From Halarchaeum nitratireducens (GTDB taxonomy: Archaea; Halobacteriota; Halobacteria; Halobacteriales; Halobacteriaceae), in the NCBI RefSeq assembly GCF_014647155.1, contig NZ_BMOQ01000003.1, positions 284,512 through 308,511 on the forward strand: a DNA stretch of 24,000 nt, given 5' to 3'. The notes under the pieces are model-generated. The model worked only from the letters and a program-made list of their open reading frames with translations. It ran no database searches and was not told where the DNA came from. The position numbers were made by a program, and so were the translations under genes. Below, in pieces: positions 8,618-16,810 of the stretch (positions are counted from its first letter, which is position 1; each line of letters starts with the position of its first letter).

Positions 8618-9592
8618 GTGAGACGGTTCTCCGCCGACTACCTGACGGCCACCCGTCGCGGGATGTGGGACGATCGGTCGGCGCTCGCGCCGCTCGCCCT
8701 CGACTCGCGGACCCGCATCCTCGACGTCGGGTGTGGCACGGGCGAGTTGACGCGCGTCCTCCGCGAGGAGAGCGACGCCGAGGTGGTCGCCGTCGACGCC
8801 GACTGCGCGCTCCTCGCCGAGGCCGAGGCCGACGCGCGCGCGATGGGCGACGCGACGCGCCTCCCATTCCGCGACGACGCCTTCGACCTCGTCGTCTGCC
8901 AGGCGCTCCTGATCAATCTCCCGGACCCCCGGCGCGCGATCGAGGAGTTCGCGCGCGTCTCCGCGGATCTGGTCGCCTGCGTCGAACCCGACAACGCCGG
9001 GGTCGTCGTGGAGTCGAGCGTCGCGGCCGAGGCCCCGCTGGCGAAGCGCGCACGCGACACCTACATCGCGGGCGTCGAGACGGACGTCACGCTCGGATCG
9101 AGCGCGACCGCGCTCCTCCGCGAGGCCGGTCTTTCGGACGTCGAGGGTCGCCGGTACGAACACGAGCGCACCGTCCAACCGCCGTACGACGCGCCGGCGC
9201 TCGACGCCGCGAAGGCGAAGGCCGCGGGCACCCGGATCGAGGAGCAAGCGCCGACGCTCCGCCGCGGCGGCCTCTCGCGGACCGACGTCGACGACCTCAA
9301 AAGCGAGTGGAAGGCCATGGGACGCGACGTCGTCGACGCGATGGCCGCCGGAGAGTACGAGCGCCGCGCCGTCGTCCCCTTCTACGTCGTCGCGGGGCGG
9401 GTCGAGGCGAGCGACGCCACCCGCGTCGACGGAGACGGACACGGAGACGACGCGGAGCGACCGACGGATGACGGACCGGTGGAGAGAACGACGGATGGCG
9501 GACGCGCCGACGATGCCGAGCGCGCGAGCGAGGCGCGCGACGTGACGGAGACCGACGTCGGACGCGACGCCACCGACGCGCCCGAGCGCTGA
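8618..9592 (+). CDS. Class I SAM-dependent methyltransferase
   Basis: GTG start; RILDVGCGTGELTRVLREE, VVAVDADCALLAEAEADA, DATRLPFRDDAFDLVVCQALLINLPDP are SAM-methyltransferase motifs I-IV. The C-terminus is acidic and low complexity. Confidence 0.9.
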   Translation: MRRFSADYLTATRRGMWDDRSALAPLALDSRTRILDVGCGTGELTRVLREESDAEVVAVDADCALLAEAEADARAMGDATRLPFRDDAFDLVVCQALLINLPDPRRAIEEFARVSADLVACVEPDNAGVVVESSVAAEAPLAKRARDTYIAGVETDVTLGSSATALLREAGLSDVEGRRYEHERTVQPPYDAPALDAAKAKAAGTRIEEQAPTLRRGGLSRTDVDDLKSEWKAMGRDVVDAMAAGEYERRAVVPFYVVAGRVEASDATRVDGDGHGDDAERPTDDGPVERTTDGGRADDAERASEARDVTETDVGRDATDAPER

Positions 9593-9616
9593 ACGGACAG
9601 CGGGCAAGAACGGCGC

Positions 9617-10255
9617 TCACACGACGTCGCCGCGCACCGTCGCGCCGTCCCGTTGCGCCTCGTAGGCGCGCATCGCCTCGGCGGCCGTCGCGGCCTCGTC
9701 GCCGTCGAAGCCGAGCATCCCGAGGGCGTCTTCGAGCGTCGGGAAGGCGAGCGCGCCCGCGCGGAGTTCGTCGAGCGTCTCGTCGTCGCGGCGGCCCTCC
9801 GCATAGAGGCAGACGCCCCGCGGGTCGATCACCTGCTCGTAGCGCCCGCTCTCCCGCGCGCCGTCCGCGCGCTGTGTGACGTTGCGCTCGAAGCCCGTAT
9901 TACACACTTCCAGGTGCACGGGTTCGCCCTCGGGGAGGAGCTGTGCGGCGAGACACCTCTCCGGGGCGACGTAGCCGCTGTCGTCCGTGCGTACCCACTC
10001 GGGGTGTTCGCGCGCCCACTCGGCGTCGACGGTGCGGCCGATCCCCTCCACGCCGTACTCGGCGTCGAGGTCCGGGGCGGGCTCGCCCCCGAGGAGGAGG
10101 TCCTTCGTGACGTACACGTCGAGGCGGGTGAGCGGGTCCTTCCCGAGCGCGACCTCGCCGTACACCCAACACTCGGTGACGGGGACGGGGAGGTCGCCGT
10201 CGCTCACCGCATCGAGGACGGCCTCGACGCGATCCAGCGCGGCGTCGCGGTCCAT
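9617..10255 (-). CDS. Conserved haloarchaeal-type protein with nucleotidyltransferase-like motif, function unknown
   Basis: Internal ATG at 10255: MDRDAALDRVEAVLDAVSDGDLPVPVTECWVYGEVALGKDPLTRLDVYVTKDLLL... Acidic composition and coherent sequence; the listed N-terminal 52 aa are atypical and run into the TetR gene. Confidence 0.75.
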   Translation of the reverse strand: MDRDAALDRVEAVLDAVSDGDLPVPVTECWVYGEVALGKDPLTRLDVYVTKDLLLGGEPAPDLDAEYGVEGIGRTVDAEWAREHPEWVRTDDSGYVAPERCLAAQLLPEGEPVHLEVCNTGFERNVTQRADGARESGRYEQVIDPRGVCLYAEGRRDDETLDELRAGALAFPTLEDALGMLGFDGDEAATAAEAMRAYEAQRDGATVRGDVV

Positions 10256-10304
10256 ACCCGCTCGACGTGCTCGCGCCACAACGCGTTTTCCCTCCGGCCC
10301 CGGG

Positions 10305-10910
10305 TCACTCGCCGCCGGCGACGAGGTGCGAGCGGACGTAGCTGTCGATCGCCTCTCTGGTGTGCGCGACGGTGTCGCCGTCCCCGAAGAGCACGCTCCG
10401 CGAGCGCGCACCGTCGATCATCACGAGGATCGTCTCGGCGGCGCGCTCGGGATCGACGTCCCGGAACGCGCCCGTCTCGATTCCCTCGGCGATCGTGTCG
10501 GCGAGCAGCGTGACGAGCCGGCGATCGTTCGCCGTGAACGCCTCTTGATACGCCTCGACGTACGGGACCTGCGAGCGGAATTCGAGCATCGCTATCTGGA
10601 ACTCCTCGGACTTCTCGGGCCCCGAGAGGAGGATGTCGACGAGGGTGGTGAGTCGCTCGCGCGGGTCGTCGCTGTCGTCCGTCTCCTCGACCTTCGTGAG
10701 AAAGCCGTCGAGGAGGTAGTCGAGGAACGCTACCAACAGCTCCTCTTTCGTGTCGTAGTGGTAGTGGATGAGCGACTTCGACTTCGAGAACTCGTCGGCG
10801 ATGGCCTGCATCGTCAGGTCCGCGTACCCGTGTTCGCACAGCGCTCGGTACGTCGCCTCCATGATGGCCGTCTGCGTCTCCGAGCGTTCCGCTCCCATAT
10901 CCTCGCCCAT
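10305..10910 (-). CDS. TetR/AcrR family transcriptional regulator
   Basis: ETQTAIMEATYRALCEHGYADLTMQAIADEFSKSKSLIHYHYDTKEELLVAFLDYLLDGF is a TetR N-terminal HTH. The C-terminal region resembles TetR_C. Confidence 0.95.
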   Translation of the reverse strand: MGEDMGAERSETQTAIMEATYRALCEHGYADLTMQAIADEFSKSKSLIHYHYDTKEELLVAFLDYLLDGFLTKVEETDDSDDPRERLTTLVDILLSGPEKSEEFQIAMLEFRSQVPYVEAYQEAFTANDRRLVTLLADTIAEGIETGAFRDVDPERAAETILVMIDGARSRSVLFGDGDTVAHTREAIDSYVRSHLVAGGE

Positions 10911-10913
10911 TGC

Positions 10914-10933
10914 TTGACTAATCGATTAATCAA
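10914..10933. promoter_or_regulatory. Candidate TetR operator, near-perfect 20-bp palindrome
   Basis: TTGACTAATCGATTAATCAA; its reverse complement TTGATTAATCGATTAGTCAA differs at one symmetric base pair only. It lies 3 nt upstream of the tetR ATG. Confidence 0.6.
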
Positions 10934-11020
10934 ACACGAAAGCGTATCGGTTCCCGCCGTCTTCCGTGCCCGCCCGCGTCTCCGCAACGGTCAAACGCGC
11001 GCGTCGACAACGGGGACGCG

Positions 11021-11992
11021 ATGGAGTGCACGAAGTGCGACCGCGAGGCGGTCATGCACGCGGCGTACTCGGGGAATCACCTGTGCGAACGTCACTTCCG
11101 CGAGTCCGTCGAGCGCCGCGTCCGCCGCCGCGTCCGCGAGGACGACCTCCTGTCGAGCTCGGCGACGCCCGCGGACCCCCAGACGTGGCTGATCGGCCTC
11201 TCCGGCGGGAAGGACTCGGTCGTGCTCACGCAGATCCTCCACGAGACGTTCGCCGACGACCCCCGCGTCGAGCTCGTCGCGCTCACCGTCCACGAGGGGA
11301 TCGCCGGCTACCGGGACAAGAGCGTCGACGCCTGCGAGGCGCTCACCGACGAACTCGACATCGACCACGAGATCGTCTCGTACGCTGAGGAGTTCGACGT
11401 CGAGATGGACGACGTCGTCGACTCCGACCCGGAGAACATGGCCGCCTGCGCCTACTGCGGCGTCTTCCGACGCGATCTCCTCTCCACGTACGCGCAGGGG
11501 TACGAGGCGGACAAACTCCTCACCGGCCACAACCTCGACGACGAGGCCGAGACCGCGCTGATGAACGTCCTCGAAGGGAACGTCGAGCAGATGGCGAAGC
11601 ACTTCGACGCCTCGCTGGGCCCCTTCGACGAGCGCAACGCCCAGGGCGGGATGACGCCGCGCGCGAAGCCGCTGCGCGACGTCCCCGAGAAGGAGGTCGC
11701 CCTCTACGCCCAACTGCGCGACCTCCCCGTCCACATGGCCGAGTGCCCGCATTCGAGCGAGGCGTTCCGGGGCGAGATCCAGGACCTCCTCCTCTCCCTG
11801 GAGGAGGCCCACCCGGGCACCCGACACAGCATCATGGCCGGCTACGAGGAGCTGGCCGCGATGGCCGCCGACCGCTACCGGAGCGCGGGGAGCGAATCCG
11901 ACCTCGACGAGTGCGCGTCGTGCGGCGCGCCGACGACGCGCGAGATCTGTCGCAAGTGTTACCTCGTCGAGGCCGTCCACGCCGCGGACTGA
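11021..11992 (+). CDS. ncsA: tRNA 2-thiolation protein, NcsA/TtuA-type ATP-PPi enzyme
   Basis: N-terminal zinc finger CTKCDREAVMHAAYSGNHLCERH, PP-loop GLSGGKDSVVL, CAYCGVFRRDLL, LLTGHNLDDEAETALMN, and C-terminal CASCGAPTTREICRKC. ncsA next to ftsZ2 is also the arrangement recalled for Haloferax. Confidence 0.92.
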   Translation: MECTKCDREAVMHAAYSGNHLCERHFRESVERRVRRRVREDDLLSSSATPADPQTWLIGLSGGKDSVVLTQILHETFADDPRVELVALTVHEGIAGYRDKSVDACEALTDELDIDHEIVSYAEEFDVEMDDVVDSDPENMAACAYCGVFRRDLLSTYAQGYEADKLLTGHNLDDEAETALMNVLEGNVEQMAKHFDASLGPFDERNAQGGMTPRAKPLRDVPEKEVALYAQLRDLPVHMAECPHSSEAFRGEIQDLLLSLEEAHPGTRHSIMAGYEELAAMAADRYRSAGSESDLDECASCGAPTTREICRKCYLVEAVHAAD

Positions 11993-12082
11993 CGTGACGG
12001 TCGCGCGTCCGACGTGTAAGACGCGCGTGCGCCGCTGGCCGTCGACGAGCGCACGCAAAAAGGGACGTGTGGTGAAACGGCG

Positions 12083-13252
12083 TCAGCGGATGACGTCGAG
12101 GCCGTTGTTCTGTTCGAGCTCGCTCTGCCCGCCGTCGCTGTGCGCGCCCTCCCACTCGGACCCGCCGCTGTCGTCGGCCTCGAAGCCCTGCAGTTCCGCG
12201 CGGGACTTATCGGCCTGCTTCTGCGTGGACGGACCGAGCACCTGCGCGGACTGGACGCCGGTCATGATCGCCATGACGCGGACCTTGCCCTTGTAGTTGT
12301 CCTGGATACGCGCGCCCCAGATGACGTTCGCGGAGTTATCGAGGCGCTCGGTGATGTTGTCCGCGATGCCCTCGGCCTCTTTGAGCGTGAGGTCCGGTCC
12401 ACCGGTGATGTGGACGAGCCCGCCCGACGCGCCGCGGTAGTCGACGTCGAGGAGCGGGTGGCTCATCGCGTCCTTCACGACCTCGTCGGTCTTGTTCTTG
12501 TCCTGCGTCTCGCCGACGAGCATCACCGCGACGCCGCCCTGGTTCATGATCGCGGTCATGTCGGCGTAGTCGAGGTTGATGAGCGAGGGTTGGGTGATCG
12601 TCTCCGAGATCCCTTTGACGGTCTCCGCGATGATCTGGTCCATCACGGAGAACGCCTTGCCGATCGGGAGGTTCGGGACGTAGTCGAGGAGTCGGTTGTT
12701 GTCGAGGACGATGATGGAGTCCGCCTCGTCGCGGAGCTTCTCCAGTCCTTCCTCGGCTTTCACCGTGCGGGCGCGCTCGACGTTGAACGGCGTCGAGACC
12801 ATCCCGACGACGATGGCGCCCTGTTCTTTGGCGATCTTGGAGACGACGGGCGCCGCGCCGGTGCCCGTCCCGCCGCCCATGCCCGCGGTGACGAAGACGA
12901 GGTCGGCGTCGCCGAGGACCTCCTTGATCGTGCCCTGGGCCATCTCGGTGGCGCGCTCGCCCATCGAGGGGTCCCCACCCGCACCGAGGCCGTTCGTCAG
13001 GGATTTCCCGACGAGGATCTTCGTGTCGGCCTCGATCATCTGCAGGTGCTGTTTGTCGGTGTTGATGGCGACGGTGTCCGCGCCCTCGACCCCGATGTTG
13101 TACAGCCGATTGACCGTGTTGTTCCCGGCGCCGCCACAGCCGATGATGACGATTCGGGGATCCCCGAACTCGCTGTCATCGCTGTCGACGTCGCTCAGGT
13201 CCCGCTGTTCTGCCTCGGCGTTTTCGAGGGCGTCGTTGACGATATCTTGCAT
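12083..13252 (-). CDS. ftsZ2: Cell division protein FtsZ, type 2
   Basis: [19 protein letters not shown]...[38 protein letters not shown]...[36 protein letters not shown]. The N-terminus and the adjacency to cdrS/cdrL indicate FtsZ2 rather than FtsZ1. Confidence 0.95.
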   Translation of the reverse strand: MQDIVNDALENAEAEQRDLSDVDSDDSEFGDPRIVIIGCGGAGNNTVNRLYNIGVEGADTVAINTDKQHLQMIEADTKILVGKSLTNGLGAGGDPSMGERATEMAQGTIKEVLGDADLVFVTAGMGGGTGTGAAPVVSKIAKEQGAIVVGMVSTPFNVERARTVKAEEGLEKLRDEADSIIVLDNNRLLDYVPNLPIGKAFSVMDQIIAETVKGISETITQPSLINLDYADMTAIMNQGGVAVMLVGETQDKNKTDEVVKDAMSHPLLDVDYRGASGGLVHITGGPDLTLKEAEGIADNITERLDNSANVIWGARIQDNYKGKVRVMAIMTGVQSAQVLGPSTQKQADKSRAELQGFEADDSGGSEWEGAHSDGGQSELEQNNGLDVIR

Positions 13253-13255
13253 CTC

Positions 13256-13429
13256 TTACACCTTCGCCCAGCTGCGCTTTTCGTTCGACTTCGAGTCGGT
13301 CTGTTCATCTAGCATCTCGCGGACCGCCGAGCGGATGGCCTCCGAGCGATTCGGGTACTTCCCGAGCTCGACCATCTCCTCGACCTCCTCGATCTGCTGC
13401 TTCGGAATCCGGAGTGTCACACGCTCCAT
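13256..13429 (-). CDS. cdrS: Small ribbon-helix-helix regulator CdrS
   Basis: Internal ATG at 13429: [57 protein letters not shown], a 57-aa RHH/CopG protein ending 3 nt before the ftsZ2 ATG; matches the known haloarchaeal cdrS-ftsZ2 operon. Confidence 0.9.
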   Translation of the reverse strand: MERVTLRIPKQQIEEVEEMVELGKYPNRSEAIRSAVREMLDEQTDSKSNEKRSWAKV

Positions 13430-13519
13430 TGTTGATCTTCCCCTGCAAGACGGACGGTCCTTCGGTGTCTTACACAGCATCCCGAACCGGGCGCACCGAC
13501 GCGGACCCGGCCGATCTAC

Positions 13520-13539
13520 CGTAAGACCTCCGTCTTACG
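13520..13539. promoter_or_regulatory. Perfect 8+8 bp inverted repeat in cdrS-ftsZ2 promoter region
   Basis: CGTAAGAC-CTCC-GTCTTACG, about 90 nt upstream of the cdrS ATG and just downstream (minus strand) of the TATA-like CTATTTATGC around 13563-13572. Confidence 0.5.
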
Positions 13540-13597
13540 TACGCACAACGACAACGGACCTGCATAAATAGTTAATGGCTGTGTAAACGATTGTGTC

Positions 13598-14143
13598 TTA
13601 CCGATCGAGGACGTCGCCCGCCATCGTCCGACGCCCGCAGTCCGGGCAGAACGCCCAATCCGAGCGGAGGTCCGCGCCGCACTCGCACGCCGGCCGTCCG
13701 GCCGCCCGCTCCCCGCAGTTCGGGCAGAACGAGTGCGCCGCCGCCAGCTCCTCGCCGCACTGTGGACACGTTCGCGCGTCCGACTCCGCCGCGCCCGCCG
13801 CGTCCGACACGGACTTCGAGCCGTCGTCGGTCCTGCGCACGCCCCCGCGTGCGCGTTCGCTCGCCGTCGCGGGCGCGTCCGACATCTCGCCGACGTTCAC
13901 GTTCACGGTCACGTCGCCGTCGTCCCCCTTGCGGTGACGCGCGACCCGCTCGTCCACCCGTTCGTCGATCCGCGCGTCGAGCAGCGCGTCGAGACTTCCC
14001 GACCCCGCGTCCGACGTCGCCTCGCCCGGGTCGTCGTCAAGGTACGCCCGGAGCGCGCGGCGCATCACCTCGCTCTTCGACGCATCGAGCGCCTCGACGC
14101 GCTCGACGAGGTCCGCGTCGGCCCGGAACGTGATCTTCGACAT
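13598..14143 (-). CDS. cdrL: RHH plus C-terminal double zinc-ribbon protein CdrL
   Basis: ATG at 14143: MSKITFRADADLVERVEALDASKSEVMRRALRAYL (RHH), acidic linker, then CPQCGEELAAAHSFCPNCGE and CECGADLRSDWAFCPDCGRR zinc ribbons, directly upstream of cdrS-ftsZ2. Confidence 0.88.
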   Translation of the reverse strand: MSKITFRADADLVERVEALDASKSEVMRRALRAYLDDDPGEATSDAGSGSLDALLDARIDERVDERVARHRKGDDGDVTVNVNVGEMSDAPATASERARGGVRRTDDGSKSVSDAAGAAESDARTCPQCGEELAAAHSFCPNCGERAAGRPACECGADLRSDWAFCPDCGRRTMAGDVLDR

Positions 14144-14210
14144 GCGATATCGGGTCGTACGACGCCCGCCCATTTGAAACTACACCCTGACACCGGTGGC
14201 GAATGAGAAG

Positions 14211-14220
14211 TCTTAAATTC
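14211..14220 (+). promoter_or_regulatory. TATA-like promoter element for tRNA-Tyr
   Basis: TCTTAAATTC ending 27 nt upstream of the mature tRNA 5' end, typical archaeal TATA spacing. Confidence 0.5.
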
Positions 14221-14246
14221 GTACCGCGGCCTACGTTTCGATGCGC

Positions 14247-14320
14247 CCGCCCTTAGCTCAGACTGGTAGAGCAGCCGACTGTAGATCGGCTTGCCCCCCG
14301 TTCAAATCGGGGAGGGCGGA
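14247..14320 (+). tRNA. tRNA-Tyr (anticodon GUA)
   Basis: Folded by hand: acceptor CCGCCCT/AGGGCGG, discriminator A; D-arm GCTC...GAGC; anticodon arm GCCGA-CTGTAGA-TCGGC; T-arm CCCCG-TTCAAAT-CGGGG. C1-G72 fits archaeal tRNA-Tyr identity. No intron apparent. Confidence 0.97.
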
Positions 14321-14336
14321 TCCTCCTTCCCGTCGA

Positions 14337-14354
14337 TTCCACGCAGAAGTGGAA
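14337..14354. terminator. Short hairpin downstream of tRNA-Tyr
   Basis: TTCCAC-GCAGAA-GTGGAA perfect 6-bp stem starting 17 nt after the tRNA 3' end. No clear U-tract. Confidence 0.25.
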
Positions 14355-14562
14355 ACGCCGTAAACTTCCCGTAGGTGGCCCTTTGGCGTCTGTTTATCTA
14401 TCTTCGACGAGCACCCGAAACGGTGAGTCGAACGGGAGACCTGTCGGGTCAATCATTTCCTCTCATTCGACGCAGACGGCGTCAAACCGTTGACGAGTGG
14501 TAATTTTTCACTCTCTGCATACCGAAGTATTATCCTCGGTGGGGCGAAACCGTCCCGGTGCA

Positions 14563-15018
14563 GTGATCCTGGTTGCCGGTCCGGACGCGTCTCTCGTCGC
14601 TGGGTTCGACGAGCGGTGCGTCCACGTCGAGTCGCTCGCTGCCGTACCGGAGCGCGTTCCGGGTGGAACGCTGCTCCTCTTGGACCCGGACGCCGTCGCC
14701 GCCTCCCGCGAGTTCGTGCGGACGGTCCGGGAGCGCGCCGACGGATCGCTCGCCGTCGTCGCCGTCGCGGGGTCGGACGCCTTCGACGCGTCCGCGTACG
14801 ACGGCGTCCTCGCGCCGGACGCCGGTGAGGCGACGGTCCGCCGGATCGTCGATCGTGCGCGCCGGATCGCGGCGTACCGAAACGCGGTCGCGGCCCTCTA
14901 CGAGGCCGAGCGCGGTGAGGGGATCACGGCGGCGCGCGAACGCGCGATGGACCGCTTCGCCGCCCTCCCCGACGACCTCGACGACGACGACGTCGCCGCG
15001 ATCCTCCGGCCGGACTGA
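14563..15018 (+). CDS. Receiver/HalX-like protein with degenerate phosphoacceptor site
   Basis: GTG at 14563 gives MILVAGPDASLVAGFDE... (ORF extends to GTG 14497). GTATTATCC TATA-like element at 14527-14535 fits a leaderless start at 14563. Pattern ILVAGPDASLV / TLLLLDPDAV / VVAVAGSD / YDGVLAPD / RIVDRARRIAAYRNAVAALYE aligns by eye with REC-HalX proteins. Confidence 0.65.
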   Translation: MILVAGPDASLVAGFDERCVHVESLAAVPERVPGGTLLLLDPDAVAASREFVRTVRERADGSLAVVAVAGSDAFDASAYDGVLAPDAGEATVRRIVDRARRIAAYRNAVAALYEAERGEGITAARERAMDRFAALPDDLDDDDVAAILRPD

Positions 15019-15061
15019 CGCGCCCGTATTCCCCGGTATCGGGTGCGCGACGCCGCTTCGC

Positions 15062-16735
15062 TCACGCACCGTCGAGCCGCGGGACGGTGACGGTGACTTC
15101 GGTCCCGGTCGGGTCCCGATCGTTGAACTCCGTCCGACCGTCGGCGATCTCCGTGCCCCAGCGGACGATCCAGAGGCCGAGCCCACTCCCGTGTCGAAGC
15201 GCGCTCTCGCCGCCGTCGCGGATGACGTCGGTCTCCTGGGCGTCGATCCCGGGGCCGTCGTCGGCGATGACGACCGTGACGTCGTCGGCGTCGGCGCGGG
15301 TCTCGATCATCACGGTGCGTTCGTCGCCCTCGTTGTGCGTCGCGGCGTTCTCGATCAGGTTGTCGAAGACGGCGGCGAGGACGCTCGCGACCGCGATGTG
15401 ATCGGCGGGCCGATCGTACGACACGTCGATGTCGGGGTACGACTCGCGGACGGCCTCGACGCACTCGTCGAGGATGACGGCGAGCGGTCGGGCGGTGTGC
15501 GTCCCGCGCGTCCGCTCGAAGAGCTCGACGGCCTGTCGGCCCTTCTCGCCGACCGCTTCGATGCGCTCGGCGCGCTCTTGGACGATCCGGCTGGCGTCGC
15601 CGTCAGCGAAGCGCTCGGCGTAGCCGTGGATGACGTTCGTCTCCGTGCGGATGTTGTGACGCAGGATGCGGTTGAGCACCTCCAGGCGCTGGCGCTGTCT
15701 GACGTACGTGCTGACGTCGTGGAACGTGACGATGGAGCCGATGTGGCGGTCGTGGACGTCGGTTACGTCCGTGACCGCTGCGTCGTACGTCCGCCCGTCG
15801 TCGTCGCCGAGCCGCAGGTGTCCGGCCGTGCTTTCGTCGCGTAGGTGGTCGTACTCGGGGACGATCCGCTCGACGGGCTCGCCGAGCACCGCCCCCCGCG
15901 GAATGCCGAGGGCGTCGATCGCGTAGCCGTTCGCGTCGACGACGTGCCCGTCCGTGTCGAGGACGATCGCGCCCTCGCGCATCCCGTCGAAGACGAGCCT
16001 GCGGGCGCGACGCCGCGGTGCGGGGTTCGTTTCGAGGAGCTGATAGCGGGTGATCGCGCCGAGGTAGGCGACGCCGGAGACGGCGAAGGCGATCGGCGTC
16101 GGGTCGACGCCCCCCGTCCCGAAGGCGCCGAGGAGGAAGCCGACGTTCGTCACCCACGGGGCGGCCAGTCCGATCAGGAGCGTGATGCCCTGCCCGCGGA
16201 AGGCGATCGCGTCGCTCGTGACGAGTTCGACGATCGCCGCGACGCCGAAGAGCCCGAGGAGGTACGTGTAGCCCGCGACGACGGCGTACCACGGTCCGCC
16301 CTGCTCGAAGTGGACGACGTCGCCCGGCCCGGTGGTGTACGACTCGACGACGAGCAGGTCGTGGCCGCCGAACGCGGCGAGCACCACCGTGATCGCGGGC
16401 ACGATGGCGAGCGCCGCGACGTACGGCGCGCGTAGATAGCGATCCCGGCCGGTGTATTCGAGCGCGAAGCAGAGCCACGCCACGGGGACGCAGACAACGC
16501 CGATCCACCCGAGCTGCAGCCACTGGAGCTTCGCGGGGATCGTGTCGGCTTGGAGGCGAAAGACGATGCACGTAGACCACCACGCCTGTGCGGCGAGGAG
16601 CGCGACGAGCGGTAACGCCCCCGGCTTGGGCCGCTCCCGCCACGCGAGGATCGCGGCCCCCGTCCCGACGGCGATCGAGACGAGCAGGAGCGTGGTGAGC
16701 AACACAGTATTACGGCCGGAGATAAGCCACCACAC
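15062..16735 (-). CDS. Sensor histidine kinase: N-terminal 7TM, PAS, HisKA/HATPase
   Basis: Seven hydrophobic segments, PAS-like GMREGAIVLDTDGHVVDANGYAIDALG, LNRILRHNIRTETNVI (H-box), VFDNLIENAATHNEG (N-box), VVIADDGPGI, HGSGLGLWIVRW (G-boxes). GTG start. Confidence 0.92.
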   Translation of the reverse strand: MWWLISGRNTVLLTTLLLVSIAVGTGAAILAWRERPKPGALPLVALLAAQAWWSTCIVFRLQADTIPAKLQWLQLGWIGVVCVPVAWLCFALEYTGRDRYLRAPYVAALAIVPAITVVLAAFGGHDLLVVESYTTGPGDVVHFEQGGPWYAVVAGYTYLLGLFGVAAIVELVTSDAIAFRGQGITLLIGLAAPWVTNVGFLLGAFGTGGVDPTPIAFAVSGVAYLGAITRYQLLETNPAPRRRARRLVFDGMREGAIVLDTDGHVVDANGYAIDALGIPRGAVLGEPVERIVPEYDHLRDESTAGHLRLGDDDGRTYDAAVTDVTDVHDRHIGSIVTFHDVSTYVRQRQRLEVLNRILRHNIRTETNVIHGYAERFADGDASRIVQERAERIEAVGEKGRQAVELFERTRGTHTARPLAVILDECVEAVRESYPDIDVSYDRPADHIAVASVLAAVFDNLIENAATHNEGDERTVMIETRADADDVTVVIADDGPGIDAQETDVIRDGGESALRHGSGLGLWIVRWGTEIADGRTEFNDRDPTGTEVTVTVPRLDGA

Positions 16736-16810
16736 CCATATGAATCAACCGCCGACGGGCGAGAAATAAACGTTTCAGTCAGGCAACTGGACGCGGTGTC
16801 AGCGCCTGAC

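Noticed and set aside
7538-9607. 866-aa minus-strand ORF spanning 7007-9607
   Set aside because: Only the final 176 aa (7007-7537) is a real peroxiredoxin. The remainder is antisense to endonuclease IV and the methyltransferase, is valine/arginine-rich and has no recognisable domain: a high-GC frame shadow.
12140-13312. 390-aa plus-strand ORF opposite ftsZ2, and 355-aa minus ORF 10991-12058 opposite ncsA
   Set aside because: Antisense shadows of highly conserved genes.
10931-13451. Other GTAAGAC-like occurrence at 12016-12022 considered as another CdrS/CdrL site
   Set aside because: It lies in the convergent ncsA/ftsZ2 gap with no promoter and is part of a GC hairpin; a single 7-mer is likely chance.
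14258-14452. 64-aa minus-strand ORF
   Set aside because: Overlaps and is antisense to tRNA-Tyr; typical spurious call.
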